Source: the human T2T-CHM13v2.0 reference genome, Homo sapiens. Taken from it: 64,000 nt of DNA. The notes below the pieces were generated by a model. The model was not told the origin of the DNA. It saw nothing but the letters and a program-made list of their open reading frames with translations, and did no database searches. The position numbers were made by a program, and so were the translations under genes. Each line of letters starts with the position of its first letter. Position 1 is the stretch's first letter. Shown one piece after another: positions 12,574 to 27,970 of the stretch. The stretch lies in NCBI RefSeq assembly GCF_009914755.1, contig NC_060941.1; one strand, written 5' to 3'.

Positions 12574-14161
12574 GCAATCTGCCTACTGCTGGGTGGAAAA
12601 CCTGCTGGAGTCATCAGGACCTTTGAAAACAGGGAGCTAGTCCAAGCCACACACACAAAGGGTGAAGGGCGGGAAGTCACTCACATCTCCTGGGCTCAGA
12701 CCCAGGCCTGGGCGCTGATAATGGCAGGGGTGCAGCAGGACACACCCTGGCATGGACAAGGCAGGTCCTGGACCCAGAGTGAGGGACAAATGAGGTCAGC
12801 CTCATAGGGGCACAACAGGGCTGCTCCCAGTGCAGGCCAGGGTTGGCCACGAGGAGGGGATGTCCTCACCAGGCAGTATCCTGGTAGGCCCCTGGCTGGG
12901 CTCTCTAATGCCCACGCTGGGGCAGGTGGGAGGACATTCTAAGTAATGGGAGAATCAGAGCCATGAGCACTGCATTGATTTTGAGTGTCCCAGTCTCAGG
13001 GGTTCAGGTGGCACTGCCCACTCCTGTGGAAAGGCACGGCACTGAGGACCCAAGGCAGCCAGCTGGCTCTTCTGCGCCCTCTGGTGACCAGTGCAGAGGG
13101 ATGCATGCCCTCAGATCCACCAGGTGAAGACCAGCATGGATGAGGGAGTGAGTCCCTTCCCCCAAGAAGGAGCATCCCGTGGAAACCAGCACTGCTGCCT
13201 GCCTGGGCCCATTGGACAGGGGCTTCAGAAGGCTAAAAATTGGGACCCAGTAAGCAAACAGCCCTTTGCAAACCTTCCTGTCCAGTGGACAGATGATCAC
13301 TGCCCTCTCTAGCCCAGCTGGGGGACCCAGACAGGAGTTCCAGCTGTTGTCGGCAGCTATTCCAAGGACCCTCCTCCTCCCTGCCCCTGCAAACAGACGT
13401 GCATTCATACACATTTCTTTGTTAGGCAAAAACAAAAATCTCATGAGAAGCATTAAGACACACATTCTTTCCCCTTCAGTAATCCGAAATTGTACAGAAA
13501 GCATGGTTATGTTTGGGGAGGCCCAAACACATACCATTCCCTCCACTTCACTGTGCCGCACCCCCTCACCGCCACAGGACACCCTCCCAGCCACCACCCA
13601 ACTGCACCAGCTCTGTAAACAAACCCTGGCTCTCGAGTGCCTTCTAATGGGGTTGGTACTGCTCTGCTAGGCCAGTGACAAATGGCCATCAGAGATGTGG
13701 CTCGGGTCAGCATTGTCCTTCCTGGTGCAGGCCATGGTTTTATCAGAGCACTGACCACCCTGTGGCACTGTAACAGGTGACCATAGGAGACTTGTGCCTG
13801 GAGAACTTGGGGCCACTGTGGTAGGAACAGCAGGGGTTCTGGAAATGGACACTAATCCTAGGATTGGAACCCCAGCTTGCTGTCTGCTCTCTGGGTGTCT
13901 CAGCCTGTCTCCCACCTGCCTGGGACTGTTTTCTCTTGGGTGGATTGGGAAGCTCATGTGTGGCCTCATCTCACGGGGTGAGGTGAAGACTCAATGAGGC
14001 ACTACCTGGGTTCCACGGGGTGTCCCCCGTGGGTCTCTCCCCCAGGGTGTCCCTGCCCCCTGTGCAAGCCAGTTTCTGCTGAATTACCCAGCCAGCTTTG
14101 CCAAACCACCTGACTTTCCCTCCAGAAGACTCCAGGCAGAAAAACAGGGTTAAAGACCTAC

Positions 14162-14237
14162 CCCTTCTGAACTCTGTTTTCGATTGTCTAGTGCAGAAGC
14201 AAGTCCTCCGACAGCCTGAGGATCCTCATAGGTTACC
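14162..14237 (-). CDS. TOM1L2: TOM1L2 exon 12 (76 nt, VTYEDPQAVGGLASALDNRKQSSEG)
   Basis: tccAG acceptor, GTAGGT donor, phase 2-0. Confidence 0.97.
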
Positions 14238-15416
14238 CTGGAGATGAAGAAGCAGCACAAGCAGAGTTCATTTTCCTCCAGTGGTCATGGAGGGATGGGG
14301 TAGTGGCCTGTAATCACTTCTATCCTATGGTCCTTCCTCAGATGTCCTTGGAAAAACATTTCCTGAAACCTTGACATTGAGCAGAGGCTAAGGGCTCATG
14401 TTGTCTGTCTCCCTGCAGTGGATGCTAGGAGGCCTGGGTCCTAGCTCAGGCTGAGCCACTAATCTCTGCGATCTCAGATTTTGTGCACCTCAACATCCCT
14501 CTCTTGAGTAACAATACTGAGCATCTCTGAAGCTGAATGTCCAAAGTGCCCTAATACTCCTCAGAGGGAAGACTAGATAAACACAAAGTAACATTAATTC
14601 TTATTTTATTAGCAGCAGCCTCAGTGGCATTTGACAGGGAAGGTGGTCTCTGGGACCCGGGCCTGTCACTGATTATGGGAGGTCTTCCTCCACTCTCCGA
14701 CTCCTTTAGCTATATCTGTTTTACAATCAACCTTTGGTGGTGAAGGGTACATGGGACCTTGGGTTTCTGCTTACCCTACTGAGCCCCAAGCAGGACTCAG
14801 GGTGCTGAGTGCACCAAGATGCTGGGTCCCTGGGAAAGGTGGGAAAAAGTGTGTTTCACCCGCCTTTAGGCTGAACAGAAAGCTCAAAACATGTACAGTG
14901 CCTCCCTGAGATGTAGGAGATTCTCTCTTTTGGAATCAACTCCCTGAATTCCAGATGGCTCATCCTAGCCAGAGCTGCTATCAGAGGAGCCTCTGCTCTG
15001 ACCACTTATTTTAGTCAGGAAAATCTCGCTGTAAGGAATGGGTTCACCCTGCATGGCTGCACCCTCCTGCTTCCAAGCTTCTCCTGTGGATGAGGGGCCA
15101 GGCAGGGTGGTGTCTGCAGCAGCAGCAGCATGGGGAGAAAAGAGAAAAGCTGTCTCTTACAACTGACAGGAGAAATCACACTCCAATCAACCCCAAGGGC
15201 AGGAGAGTGTGTGTGTGTTTGGGGGGGTGGGGGAGGAGGTGGGCAGTTGGTATTTATTCAGTATCTGCATCTAATGCCAAGTCCTTACAGCCATGCTTTA
15301 AAGTTCCTGGCAGTCCTGGACATGGTAAATAAATGCCTTTTTGTGCTGGCCTGTGACCAGGCATGGGTCAATCCCCCCAATATCTTTAGAGAGCCACTAA
15401 AAGGGGCCCCACATAC

Positions 15417-15534
15417 GTCTTGCGCTGCTCAGCCAAGGAGTTTCCTCTCGTCTGGGCAAACATGTCAAAGCCGTCACGGGGATTACATTGCTGGAGTGAA
15501 CTGAGGGTGCCACTGACGCTCTCTGTCCCCAAGT
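15417..15534 (-). CDS. TOM1L2: TOM1L2 exon 11 (118 nt, LGTESVSG...[19 protein letters not shown])
   Basis: cacAG acceptor, GTATGT donor, phase 1-2; FDMFAxTR TOM1-family motif. Confidence 0.97.
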
Positions 15535-15894
15535 CTGTGGCAACAAAACAAATGGGTGGCAGATGAGAACAAAATGTAGACTGTAGATCTGATGAAGGGC
15601 CCCCAAGCTAGGACGCCAGCCAGGTGGGTTTAGGTTCCATGGGGAGGGTGGGGCGGGACTTTCCTTGGTACTCCCAGTGCACCCCATGCCGGAGGAGCCA
15701 GGGCGGGCCAGATGGGGGACAGAACAGCCACTGCCCCTCAAACTGCTCAAGGAGGCGAAAGAGTCATAACAAAAAAGAGATTGCTGGGGTGACAAGGCAG
15801 GGACTGGCGCCAGTGCACCTGCAGATTTTCCATAATGCCCTTCTCGCTTGGGCTCCTCATTAACTCAATCACAATGTCCAAGGACCTGGAACAT

Positions 15895-16230
15895 CTATTT
15901 ATTCAGCAAATATTTCTTAGGTACCCACCATGTTCAGAGCTAGATCTTGAGTAGACCAAATTGAATCTGATATGGTCCTCAGCTTCAAGAAGGTCAGAGT
16001 GGGCAAGAGACAAGCCACAGCAGTGCTTGGCTTGAGACATCAGGAAAGACTCAAAACCAACACAACAGTGGGTCTGTAAGGATAATGAGGAGGATGCTGT
16101 GGGGAGAAGGGGAAAGGCAGATAAAAAGGCACGGGGTTTGGAGGCCAGGGTGTGTGAAGTGAACAACGCTCACAGGAAAAAATTTGTGGAGGAAGTGGCT
16201 GGTAATACCTCAAATGCCAGGTAAAGGAGT
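15895..16230 (-). mobile_element. L2 LINE 3' fragment
   Basis: TATTTATTCAGCAAATATTTCTTAGGTACC resembles the L2 3' end. Confidence 0.5.
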
Positions 16231-16249
16231 GGGTGGGAAGACACTAGAC

Positions 16250-17479
<1,230 letters not shown>

Positions 17480-18066
17480 TACACTTTGAATTTTAAGTAT
17501 TAAATCTGGCAGTCATATATGCTGGACTGACTGAAGGCAGAGACATCTGTTCTGATACAGAAATAGTGGCTACAAATATACGAAATATTGAGAAGCTACA
17601 ATTACAGCAACTGATAGCCACTAGAAGTTTAACTCAAGTCAAATGAAAGGAAAGTAGACGAGAAATATTTTTTAAAAAGGAAAACAGAAAAGCAAGACAG
17701 AGGAAAGAATTTTGAGGGCCATGCTTATTATTTCAATGTTATAATTTCATTTGTTATAAATTGGTATCATCCAGTATAACCAATGTGCTAGAGTCATATA
17801 CACACTTTGAATGTACAAACTAAATGAACTGTGGAAAGTGGTGAGTTTCTTTTAAGTTCCAGACAATGGACTGCTTTAGGCTGATGGTAAAGTTCAAGGA
17901 GAGCAAATATTTCAGTGCTGCTACCTCCTGTTTCCAAGCCCTCTGTAGATATTGACAATCAATCAATCACAGACTTTTCTAAGCCCTGATGTGGCTTCAG
18001 CATCCTCCTCAAACCTGTGTTCCAAGAAGCCAAAGAGCTGAAACCTATCTGCCCTCCTTGACCTAG

Positions 18067-18728
<662 letters not shown>

Positions 18729-18981
18729 TGACCTTTCTTTAATTCATTGGAATTTCCCCCATCCCTGCTTTCCAACATAGATTTTAAACTTCAAATTTAG
18801 GGGGAAAAAAGGTATGAATTGAAGGTAAGGTGGTACAACTGGCTAGGACTCAGGAATACACTTTCACATGTATTTCCCAAAAGACTCTCTTTGGGTCTTC
18901 CAAGAAAGAAAGAGAGGTGGCCTGCAAGGGAGGCCAGTGGTAGGAAGTAGGTAGGCCCTTTTGTCCCTGTGAGACACTCAC

Positions 18982-19105
18982 CTAAGCCTGCAAGCTGGGA
19001 GGAGAGGGAAGATGGGGGCGCTGTGTTCCCCACCATTGGGCTCACCACGGCTGGAGACCCTGGCCCCAGGTCTATTAAGTTGTCTTCGGTTACTTCATTC
19101 AGTAC
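18982..19105 (-). CDS. TOM1L2: TOM1L2 exon 10 (124 nt, VLNEVTEDNLIDLGPGSP...; clathrin-box-like NLIDL)
   Basis: gacAG acceptor, GTGAGT donor, phase 0-1. Confidence 0.97.
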
Positions 19106-19561
19106 CTGTCAGAACATGAGATTGGCCATAAGCCCCAGAACCCTGGAGTCAGGCTCTGAGGTAGAAGCTGGCAAGGCAACTATGCAGGGTTCCAAGAAGA
19201 AAAGTATCAGCGCTGCTCTAGTACAGAAGCAAGGCCACTTCCCCCACCTGCCTTCCAGGTCCATGGTGGGCCTGGATGTCAGTGAGCCCTGCTCACTGCC
19301 TCCTCCCCGTCCCCACTAGAAGGAGGGGTTGCTGAGTCAACAGTGACTGTCCTGGGAGATGCAAACTTAGGGCTTGCTTGCCACCTTCCCATCAGGGGTG
19401 CCTGCTAGCTCTGCCCTAGTATCCCATCAACCAGAGCTTGCCTCTTCAATTTCCCAAATATTTCAAAACCAGTTAGAAAAACTGGAGGTCTCTCCAGCCT
19501 CCAAAACGTGGAGGGGTAGGTCTGGCCTCAGGAGATGACAGGATTCTGAAGGAATACTTAC

Positions 19562-19610
19562 TCCATTACTGGCATTTTGAACGGATCGGCCAGACCTGTA
19601 TCGTTCGAAC
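19562..19610 (-). CDS. TOM1L2: TOM1L2 exon 9 (49 nt, FERYRSGRSVQNASNG; end of GAT domain)
   Basis: gttAG acceptor, GTAAGT donor, phase 2-0. Confidence 0.97.
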
Positions 19611-22025
19611 CTAACAGGGGAAGGGAAAGCAGAAGTAAGGAGAGAGGATGCCTGTGATATGGCCCTGTGGGGTGCTCACTAGTCCTATGAAGAATCCCTG
19701 GGACCAAGACCAGCCAGTCCCACCTGGGGGCTAGGGAGTGAAACCATATATCAACTCTGCCACGGCTTCCTCTGTGTGGGGCTCCCCCTGAGAGGATCAG
19801 CTTCTCACCCAGCACCCAGAGTGGGCATCAGAAAGGGGTGGTGGCTGGCCCATCATGGAGGTCATTGTGAGTGTCCCCAGCCTCTCCTCACACACCTGGG
19901 CCCTGGAGGGAGGGTGGCTTAACCACCTTACCTTGGAGCTGCAGACTCCCTATTTCATAGGGCTGTGTTCAGGAGCAACTAGCTAGTGTTCCTAACATGC
20001 TCCCAACTCAGCCTCTGGGGAAAGGGGGTGGGGCACACATAGGGTGGGCACCAGCAGGAGGAAGGCGGACGCATGGCCCTGGCTACGGCCTGGGGAAATG
20101 CTCGCCAGTAGCTGCTACAGAGAGGCCTGGGCCAGTCATCGAAGGACTGCTAGGAGGGTGGAGTGAGTGTCCTCTGCACCCAGTCAGGCAGTGCAGGGGG
20201 AGTTGGCTTTGAGCAACTGTCGAAGGCCAGGTCATCCTCCTGTCAGGTGGGGAACGGAAGAGTAGTTATGAGGTGTGTGTTGGGGTGGGGCAGAATAGAT
20301 TATGTTCTGTATCGTATTTAAAAACTCCAAATGCCATGGGCAGCGGTAGCTAAGAGACTTTTTCCAGCTGGAGCCTTAGACACCCAGCTTTAGTGAGTTA
20401 TGCTGCTCCAGATTTGTCTCCCAACTTGCTGGGGTCAGCAGCTGGTGACAAGAAAGAGATCCCCAGGAGGAATGATCTGGGTAAGGCAGTGAGTGTCCAC
20501 TGTGGTTTTAAAAACGACTTGTGTGTTTTTTCAACAGTGGTCTACAAGGAGAACAGGAATATTAATACATCTGAAACAATTTTAATCCTGGGGTACCTTT
20601 CCCACACTCATCTTCAATGAACAATGAGTATCATCAAAGACACTCTAACCAGGATAGCACTTCCAGCCACCAGCCCCAGGCTTTGCCTCTGAATTATGTG
20701 TAATGCTTGGACTGGGAGACTCTTGGGTGAAAATACTCATATTAGTTAGCTCCTGTTATGCTTTCTAGCAGGGCTTAAATAGGTTTTATAGGTTAAACCC
20801 AAGCCCATTTACCATGGAGAAACTGGAATCACATGGCAAGACAAAGGGGCCTCGGGCTGGGAGTCAGGTCCCCTTATATCTGCTCCTGTTCTCCAACTGA
20901 TGCACTGGGGGGTCCTGGGGATGCCCCCACACTTACTGCAGAGGTTTATTCACCTGTCAGGTGGGCACAGAGCCACTGGTGTGTACTTCCGTAGTCAAAA
21001 GATGAGACAAGGCCCAAGGCTGTGACAGCCATAACAAAATCACCCTTTAGGTCCCCAAAGGGTAACGCAAATGCAAGCATCTGTCCCACTCACCCTAACT
21101 GATGCCAGGTCCTTGTCCTCCTGATGAATCCAGCAGTAGGTTGTGAGTCAGCTGGTGCGGCAGAGGGGACCAGGACCTTAAATCTGCAGGGGACTCAAGC
21201 CACTGTCCTGTCCTCTCAAGCCTCATCTTTAAGGGGAAAAGGTTGGCCTGATCATGGTCCTTTCTGGTCCTTATGCTGAGTCCTTCATGAAAGCCCAGTG
21301 TGCTCCCATCAGGTGATGAGATGGGAACTGTGCTTGCCATTATTCCTCCTATTTAAAACTAGGTCTAAATAAGACATTTTGGACTTTGTCCTGAGGGAAG
21401 GCTTTGGAAATGAAAAAGAATTTGCAGGTTTGTTACCTCAAACTCAAAAATGATTTGGCTGCAGAAAGAACTGGAATGAATGTGTGCACGCTTCCCTAAG
21501 CAGCAGCATTCCGGCACTTACACCCGCCTGCTTCCCCTGAATGCTCTAGATAACATTGACATTTGCAAAGGGAAAAGCTTTTTTTCTTTTTTCTTTTTTT
21601 TTAAGATGGGAAAGAGGAAATCCTTTTTCTTACTAGAGATTTTTTTTCCCTTTAATCCTTTTCAAATTCAAAGGATCATCAAAGGAGCAGGTGCAGAAGC
21701 TCTGGGGCCCAGAGGCCCCCAAGTGCTACCCCTCCCTGGGGCTGGGGGTGGCGGGGCAGTGGGGAAAGGCAGAGCAGCCTGAGGCTTACAAAGGGCAGAG
21801 CCTAATTCTGCACGTCAACTTCCTGCTGCTTCTGCTGCTCAGTTCCCAGGAGGACAAGAAGCATTTTTCCTGTCAGCCGGGAACAAATTAGCATCTCTGA
21901 TGAGTATTTTCCAACTCTAATCTCTCTCCCTCTCCCTCTCTTTCCTTTGTTTATGAAAGAAATCCCTCTGTTATGGCAACAATCTTTTCAAGGGAAAAAA
22001 AAAAAAAAAGAAATCCGGCTCCCAC

Positions 22026-22159
22026 CTCTCGTATCGAAGGAAGACGTTGTTGAGGTCATCGTTCACATGCAGCAGCTCCTCGGTGACCTCCTCATTGGAC
22101 ACGCGGGAGATGAGCTCCACGATGCGCTGCTGCATGGCCCGACAGGTCCTGTTGAGCTC
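22026..22159 (-). CDS. TOM1L2: TOM1L2 exon 8 (134 nt, [17 protein letters not shown]...NNVFLRYE; GAT domain)
   Basis: cctAG acceptor, GTGGGA donor, phase 0-2. Confidence 0.98.
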
Positions 22160-22249
22160 CTAGGGAACACATGCACCTCTGGGTAGCCTGCTGGGTGTGC
22201 TTTTCGTCACATTCTATCTCCTTTGAAAAAATTTGTACTGATTCTTAAA

Positions 22250-22790
22250 AGTCACAAAAGGAGTACATGCTTGTTCATAAAACCAGACATGTGCCGAATT
22301 CAAAGTAGAAGTTCCCTCTTCACTGCCTGCCCCTCCTTCCGCAGAGGAAACAAGTACTTTTTCAGCAGACAAATGTCCAGACATACTGTTGTATGTATAC
22401 AAGTACATGCTTGTACAAATCATTAAAAAATATTAAAATGTGATTCTTTCCAGATTGCTTTTTCTCAACAAAATATTCCAGACACCGTTCTCCATCACTT
22501 GGTACAGACTGCCTCATTCCTTTCTGTGTGTTTCATAATGTATCTCGCCATTCTTCTATTGCTGGACATTTAGATTGTGGTCTCTCTTTTTGTGGCCAAC
22601 CTAAATAATGCAGCAATGAACACCTGTACACACACATGCATATGCACTTGGGCAAGCACTTCCATAGGACAGGTTCCTTAGCAGGGAAATTTCTAGGTGA
22701 AAGGGTATGGTCATTTATAACATTAATTAGTAATAGTAAAAGGCCCTCCAAAAATATGACATCAGTTTACTTACACTTCCAGCAACAGCA
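22250..22790 (-). mobile_element. Old L1M fragment
   Basis: AT-rich; GGACATTTAGATTG...ATAATGCAGCAATGAACA resembles antisense L1 3' region. Confidence 0.5.
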
Positions 22791-23774
22791 GGAGTGTATT
22801 TTATGACTGCATTAGGTATATTTTGGTGGCACGTCTGCCACTTTGCCGAGACCTCAGAAGCCCAGGCAGCTCCCTGGCTGGCCGAAAGAGGAAATTCGCA
22901 CACCCCCGGTTGCCCCTGGAGCCCTCTCTACCCTTAGAAGCAACATCCCCGTGACGACAGAGCCTTAGCACTTTATGGCCTGGCTTCCATGAGCCTTCCC
23001 TGTTCCAGAACAGCAGACTTACTGATGCCCTTGTTCAAACTTGCTTACAGAGCTCCGTCAATTCCTGCCAGGCCCCTTGCCATCTCGATGCCAGACTGAG
23101 GATGCTACAGAGGAGGGAGCTGGCAACACTGCCAGGCTGGCCCCCAAGCATGTGACCAAAGCTACAAGTCCCAGTGTGCCATACAGGGTTAAAGCAGAGG
23201 GAAATGCTGTTCCCACCTACCTGGGCACTGGAGGGTGCCAGTGAGTTAAGGGGATAAGACATGAAGGATAAGTCTCTCCTTCTCACAGCTCAGCCTCAAA
23301 ACGACTTCATTTTGAAACCGTTTCTGGTAGAAGTAACTGATTTATTCACAGGAGACACGGCAATCTCTCTTTAGTTCCTCATATTGTCTCATAATCTTGC
23401 TAGCTTGGCTACAGGGTCTTCCTTCCTACCACATCATAAACTCTTGAGGGGGTGTTACCATTTATCCACTCAAGGATGCCCTCAAGCCCCGCACTGAGCC
23501 ACACACAGTGAAAAAGCCCAGTAATCATCTGCTGAACACATCACCAAGGTGGTCAATCAGCCAGTGGGGAATCAAAGGCATCCCCCCTGCATGTCCCTGG
23601 TATCCTGCAACACAGCACTCACACAGGGGCTGGGCTTCTTATCTGCCCTCCCGTCTAGACTGAAGCTCCTTGAGGGCAGAGAAGGTATTTCCCTGGTACC
23701 CATGACACATGGGAGGCTCTCCCCAAGTACTTCTGAGAGAATTAATTAATGACTCTAAAGTATTCAGAGGCCGG

Positions 23775-24415
<641 letters not shown>

Positions 24416-26458
24416 TCAGTTATCCACATACTCTCAGTCTTCTCAGCACTCTTCACTCAGAGAATGGGGAATTCTTGTTCATCCAGGATCTAATTTTCCC
24501 TCTCTAGGACTCATCCCAGGCCCCACTGAACCAGCAGTAAGCACTTATAAACATACAGACAAGTGCTAGAATTAATAAGAGGTGAATACGGGATCTTAAT
24601 TGCAGGGGACACTACTATCCAGTAAAGAGAAAACTCCACAAAATACCCACTCTCCTCTGTTGTGAATGGCTCATGTCCCCAGGCCAGGCAGGAGAGGGGC
24701 TCTCAAAAAGCTGCCTGGGCCTTGGGGCCTGCCAGACGTGGTCTGGATTGCCAGGCAATAATGGCCACAGGCGCCAATGGACACTCACAGGTCAAAACCC
24801 AGTCACAATTACTGTACACAGGAAAACCAACAACACAGGGGAAACACTCATTACAGAATGAAGCATACTCAGGAGTGATGCAGAAAACCAAGGCAGGCCC
24901 TTAACATTAAAACAAACAAAAACAAAATAAAAATGTCCAAACTTATGAAAGAAACAATCACATAGATCACGTGAAGGATTCCAACAGCCAGGACTGAAGT
25001 GAACAATTAAAATAATTATAGTATTTCTAATAGATTGTTAAAACACAGTGAGCATCTGTTCAGGGCTGACAGAGGAGCACAGATTTAGGTTAACTTTGAC
25101 AGACCATCCTCCCCTGCTTCCTAAAAGAAAAAAAGGATACTTGGCCAACACTTGGGCAGTAGATTTACCCCATACTTTGGAAGAAGCACCAGAGGGAGAC
25201 CTGGCCAAAGTGTGCAGGATGGAAAAGGGAGGCTGGGCAGTAGGACAGAGAAAAGAGGTCAAACAAACTTCTGCCTCTCTGCTCTGCCATGGACTGTTCC
25301 GGGCCACCGTGCGGGTCTCCTCCCCAGGGATGTGGACGTGCCAACACACATGAGGACCGAGCCAGGCACTGCTGAGCTCCTCTTTGCTCCAGCGCTCCAG
25401 GTGTCTGCGGAAAATCTCTGATGAGCAAAAGGATCTCAAGTCCCAGCTCAGGACCCACCCCCTCCAGCAAACAGGCCCATTACAAGAAAGTGTGGCCTCT
25501 GGGGCTTGTGGCCTAGCAGCAAGCCCTGGCTGTCCTTGGCTGGGGAGGGAGAAGGAAAAAAGTCAATCACTTCTCATGCAAACTGCAGGCCAATCACAAG
25601 GCACAGGACGTGCAAGTCAGGGGAGTGTGGCAGTAGGTTGTGGGAAACAGATCCAAGTTACCCTCCAGAAGACTGGGGTATCAGCACCTAAGGCCCACAG
25701 GCCATCTTCAAATACACCTCAGACTTTCCAGAATATAGGTGGCCTCAGGCACTTGCCACACTGCTTAAGGGCTCCTGAGAAGTTGGCCATCTGCCTGCAA
25801 TGTCCCTTATTTCCTTTTCCATCAAACAAACTCTTACTCATCCTTCAAGGCCTCAGGATGTTTCCCCACTCCAGTATTTTGTCATAAAAATTTTCAAACA
25901 TACAGCAAAACAGGAAGAATTTTACAGTGAACAGACACCATATGCCTATCACCTAGATTGTACCATTAACATTTTACAGTGACAGCTTTAACACGTACTT
26001 CCCATTTATTCATCTTCCTGTCCACATACAATGTTTTCTGGGGATCTCCCACCACCCCACCCTCCTCAAGACTCCCAAAGCATTCAACACACTCCAGTCT
26101 GTCATCAGAGCCCCTCTACAAAAACCTCCAGCAAGGGGTGACCAGCCCCCATCTGCACTCCACACAGCAGAAGCCCCGAAACAAAGAGTAGGCCTCAAGG
26201 GTGGTTCACTGGATTTAGAGGAGAACCAAACCAGATTCCTCAGTAGACTGCAGGAAGTGTCTCAGAAACATGGCTACAAATACTCCCAGCACCGGCGGCC
26301 TGATGGAAGGGAGCAGGGGTTGATGTCAGTCTCCTCAACAGAGCCCTAGCCCCAGCTGGGTGCTGGGGACGAAGCTGCAGGCAGCAAGTAGCCTGTGACT
26401 GGATACACTCTCCAAGTCTCCAGTCCTCTCCAGGCCTGCTTCTCCCTGGGTAAAATAA

Positions 26459-27266
<808 letters not shown>

Positions 27267-27660
27267 TAAAAAAACGTTTGGAAAGTGTTAGATGATTTCT
27301 GAGGCTCTAACATTGTGACCTCAGCTTGGAGGAAGAATGAGCCCCAAGGGCACAGAATGCAGTGATCTCATCAACAGTCAGCACCAGGAACATCTGCTCT
27401 GGCCTTGTGTTTGCTGCCTCTTCCCCACAGCCTTCCCACTGGGGTGGTGGGTTAGACAGCTCCCAACCCCACAGGCAGGGCCTCTATGCTCCAATCCTGG
27501 AGAAGCATCCTGATGGCTTTCCAAAGAGCTATGCTAAAGACAGGCCCAGAGACTATGACCTGGGGCTTCCACATCAGGGATTTCCAGGGGTCTCTGCACA
27601 GAGAAAGCTTTACCATCTCTTGGCTTCAGTCTTTTACACCTGTCTCAAAAAGGAAGAAAA

Positions 27661-27970
27661 GGCCATGCGTGGTGGCTCACACCTGTAATCTCAGCACTTT
27701 GAGAGGCCGAGGTTGGTGGATCACTTGAGGTCACGAGTTCAAGACCAGACTGGCCAACATGGTGAAACCCCATCTCTACTAAAAATACAAAAATTAGCCA
27801 GGCATGATGGCAGGTGCCTGTAATCCCAGCTACTCGGGAGGCTGAAGCAGGAGAATCACTTGAACCCAGGAGGCAGAGGTTCAGTAAGCCAAGATCATGG
27901 CATTGCACTCCAGCCTGGGTGACAAAGCGAGACTCCTTCTCAAAAAGAAAAAAAGAAAAAAAAAAAAAAA
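27661..27970 (+). mobile_element. AluS
   Basis: Alu consensus with A tail. Confidence 0.94.

Noticed and set aside
13004-13597. 197-aa minus-strand ORF in intron 12
   Set aside because: No homology recognised, no clear flanking splice signals, non-ATG start
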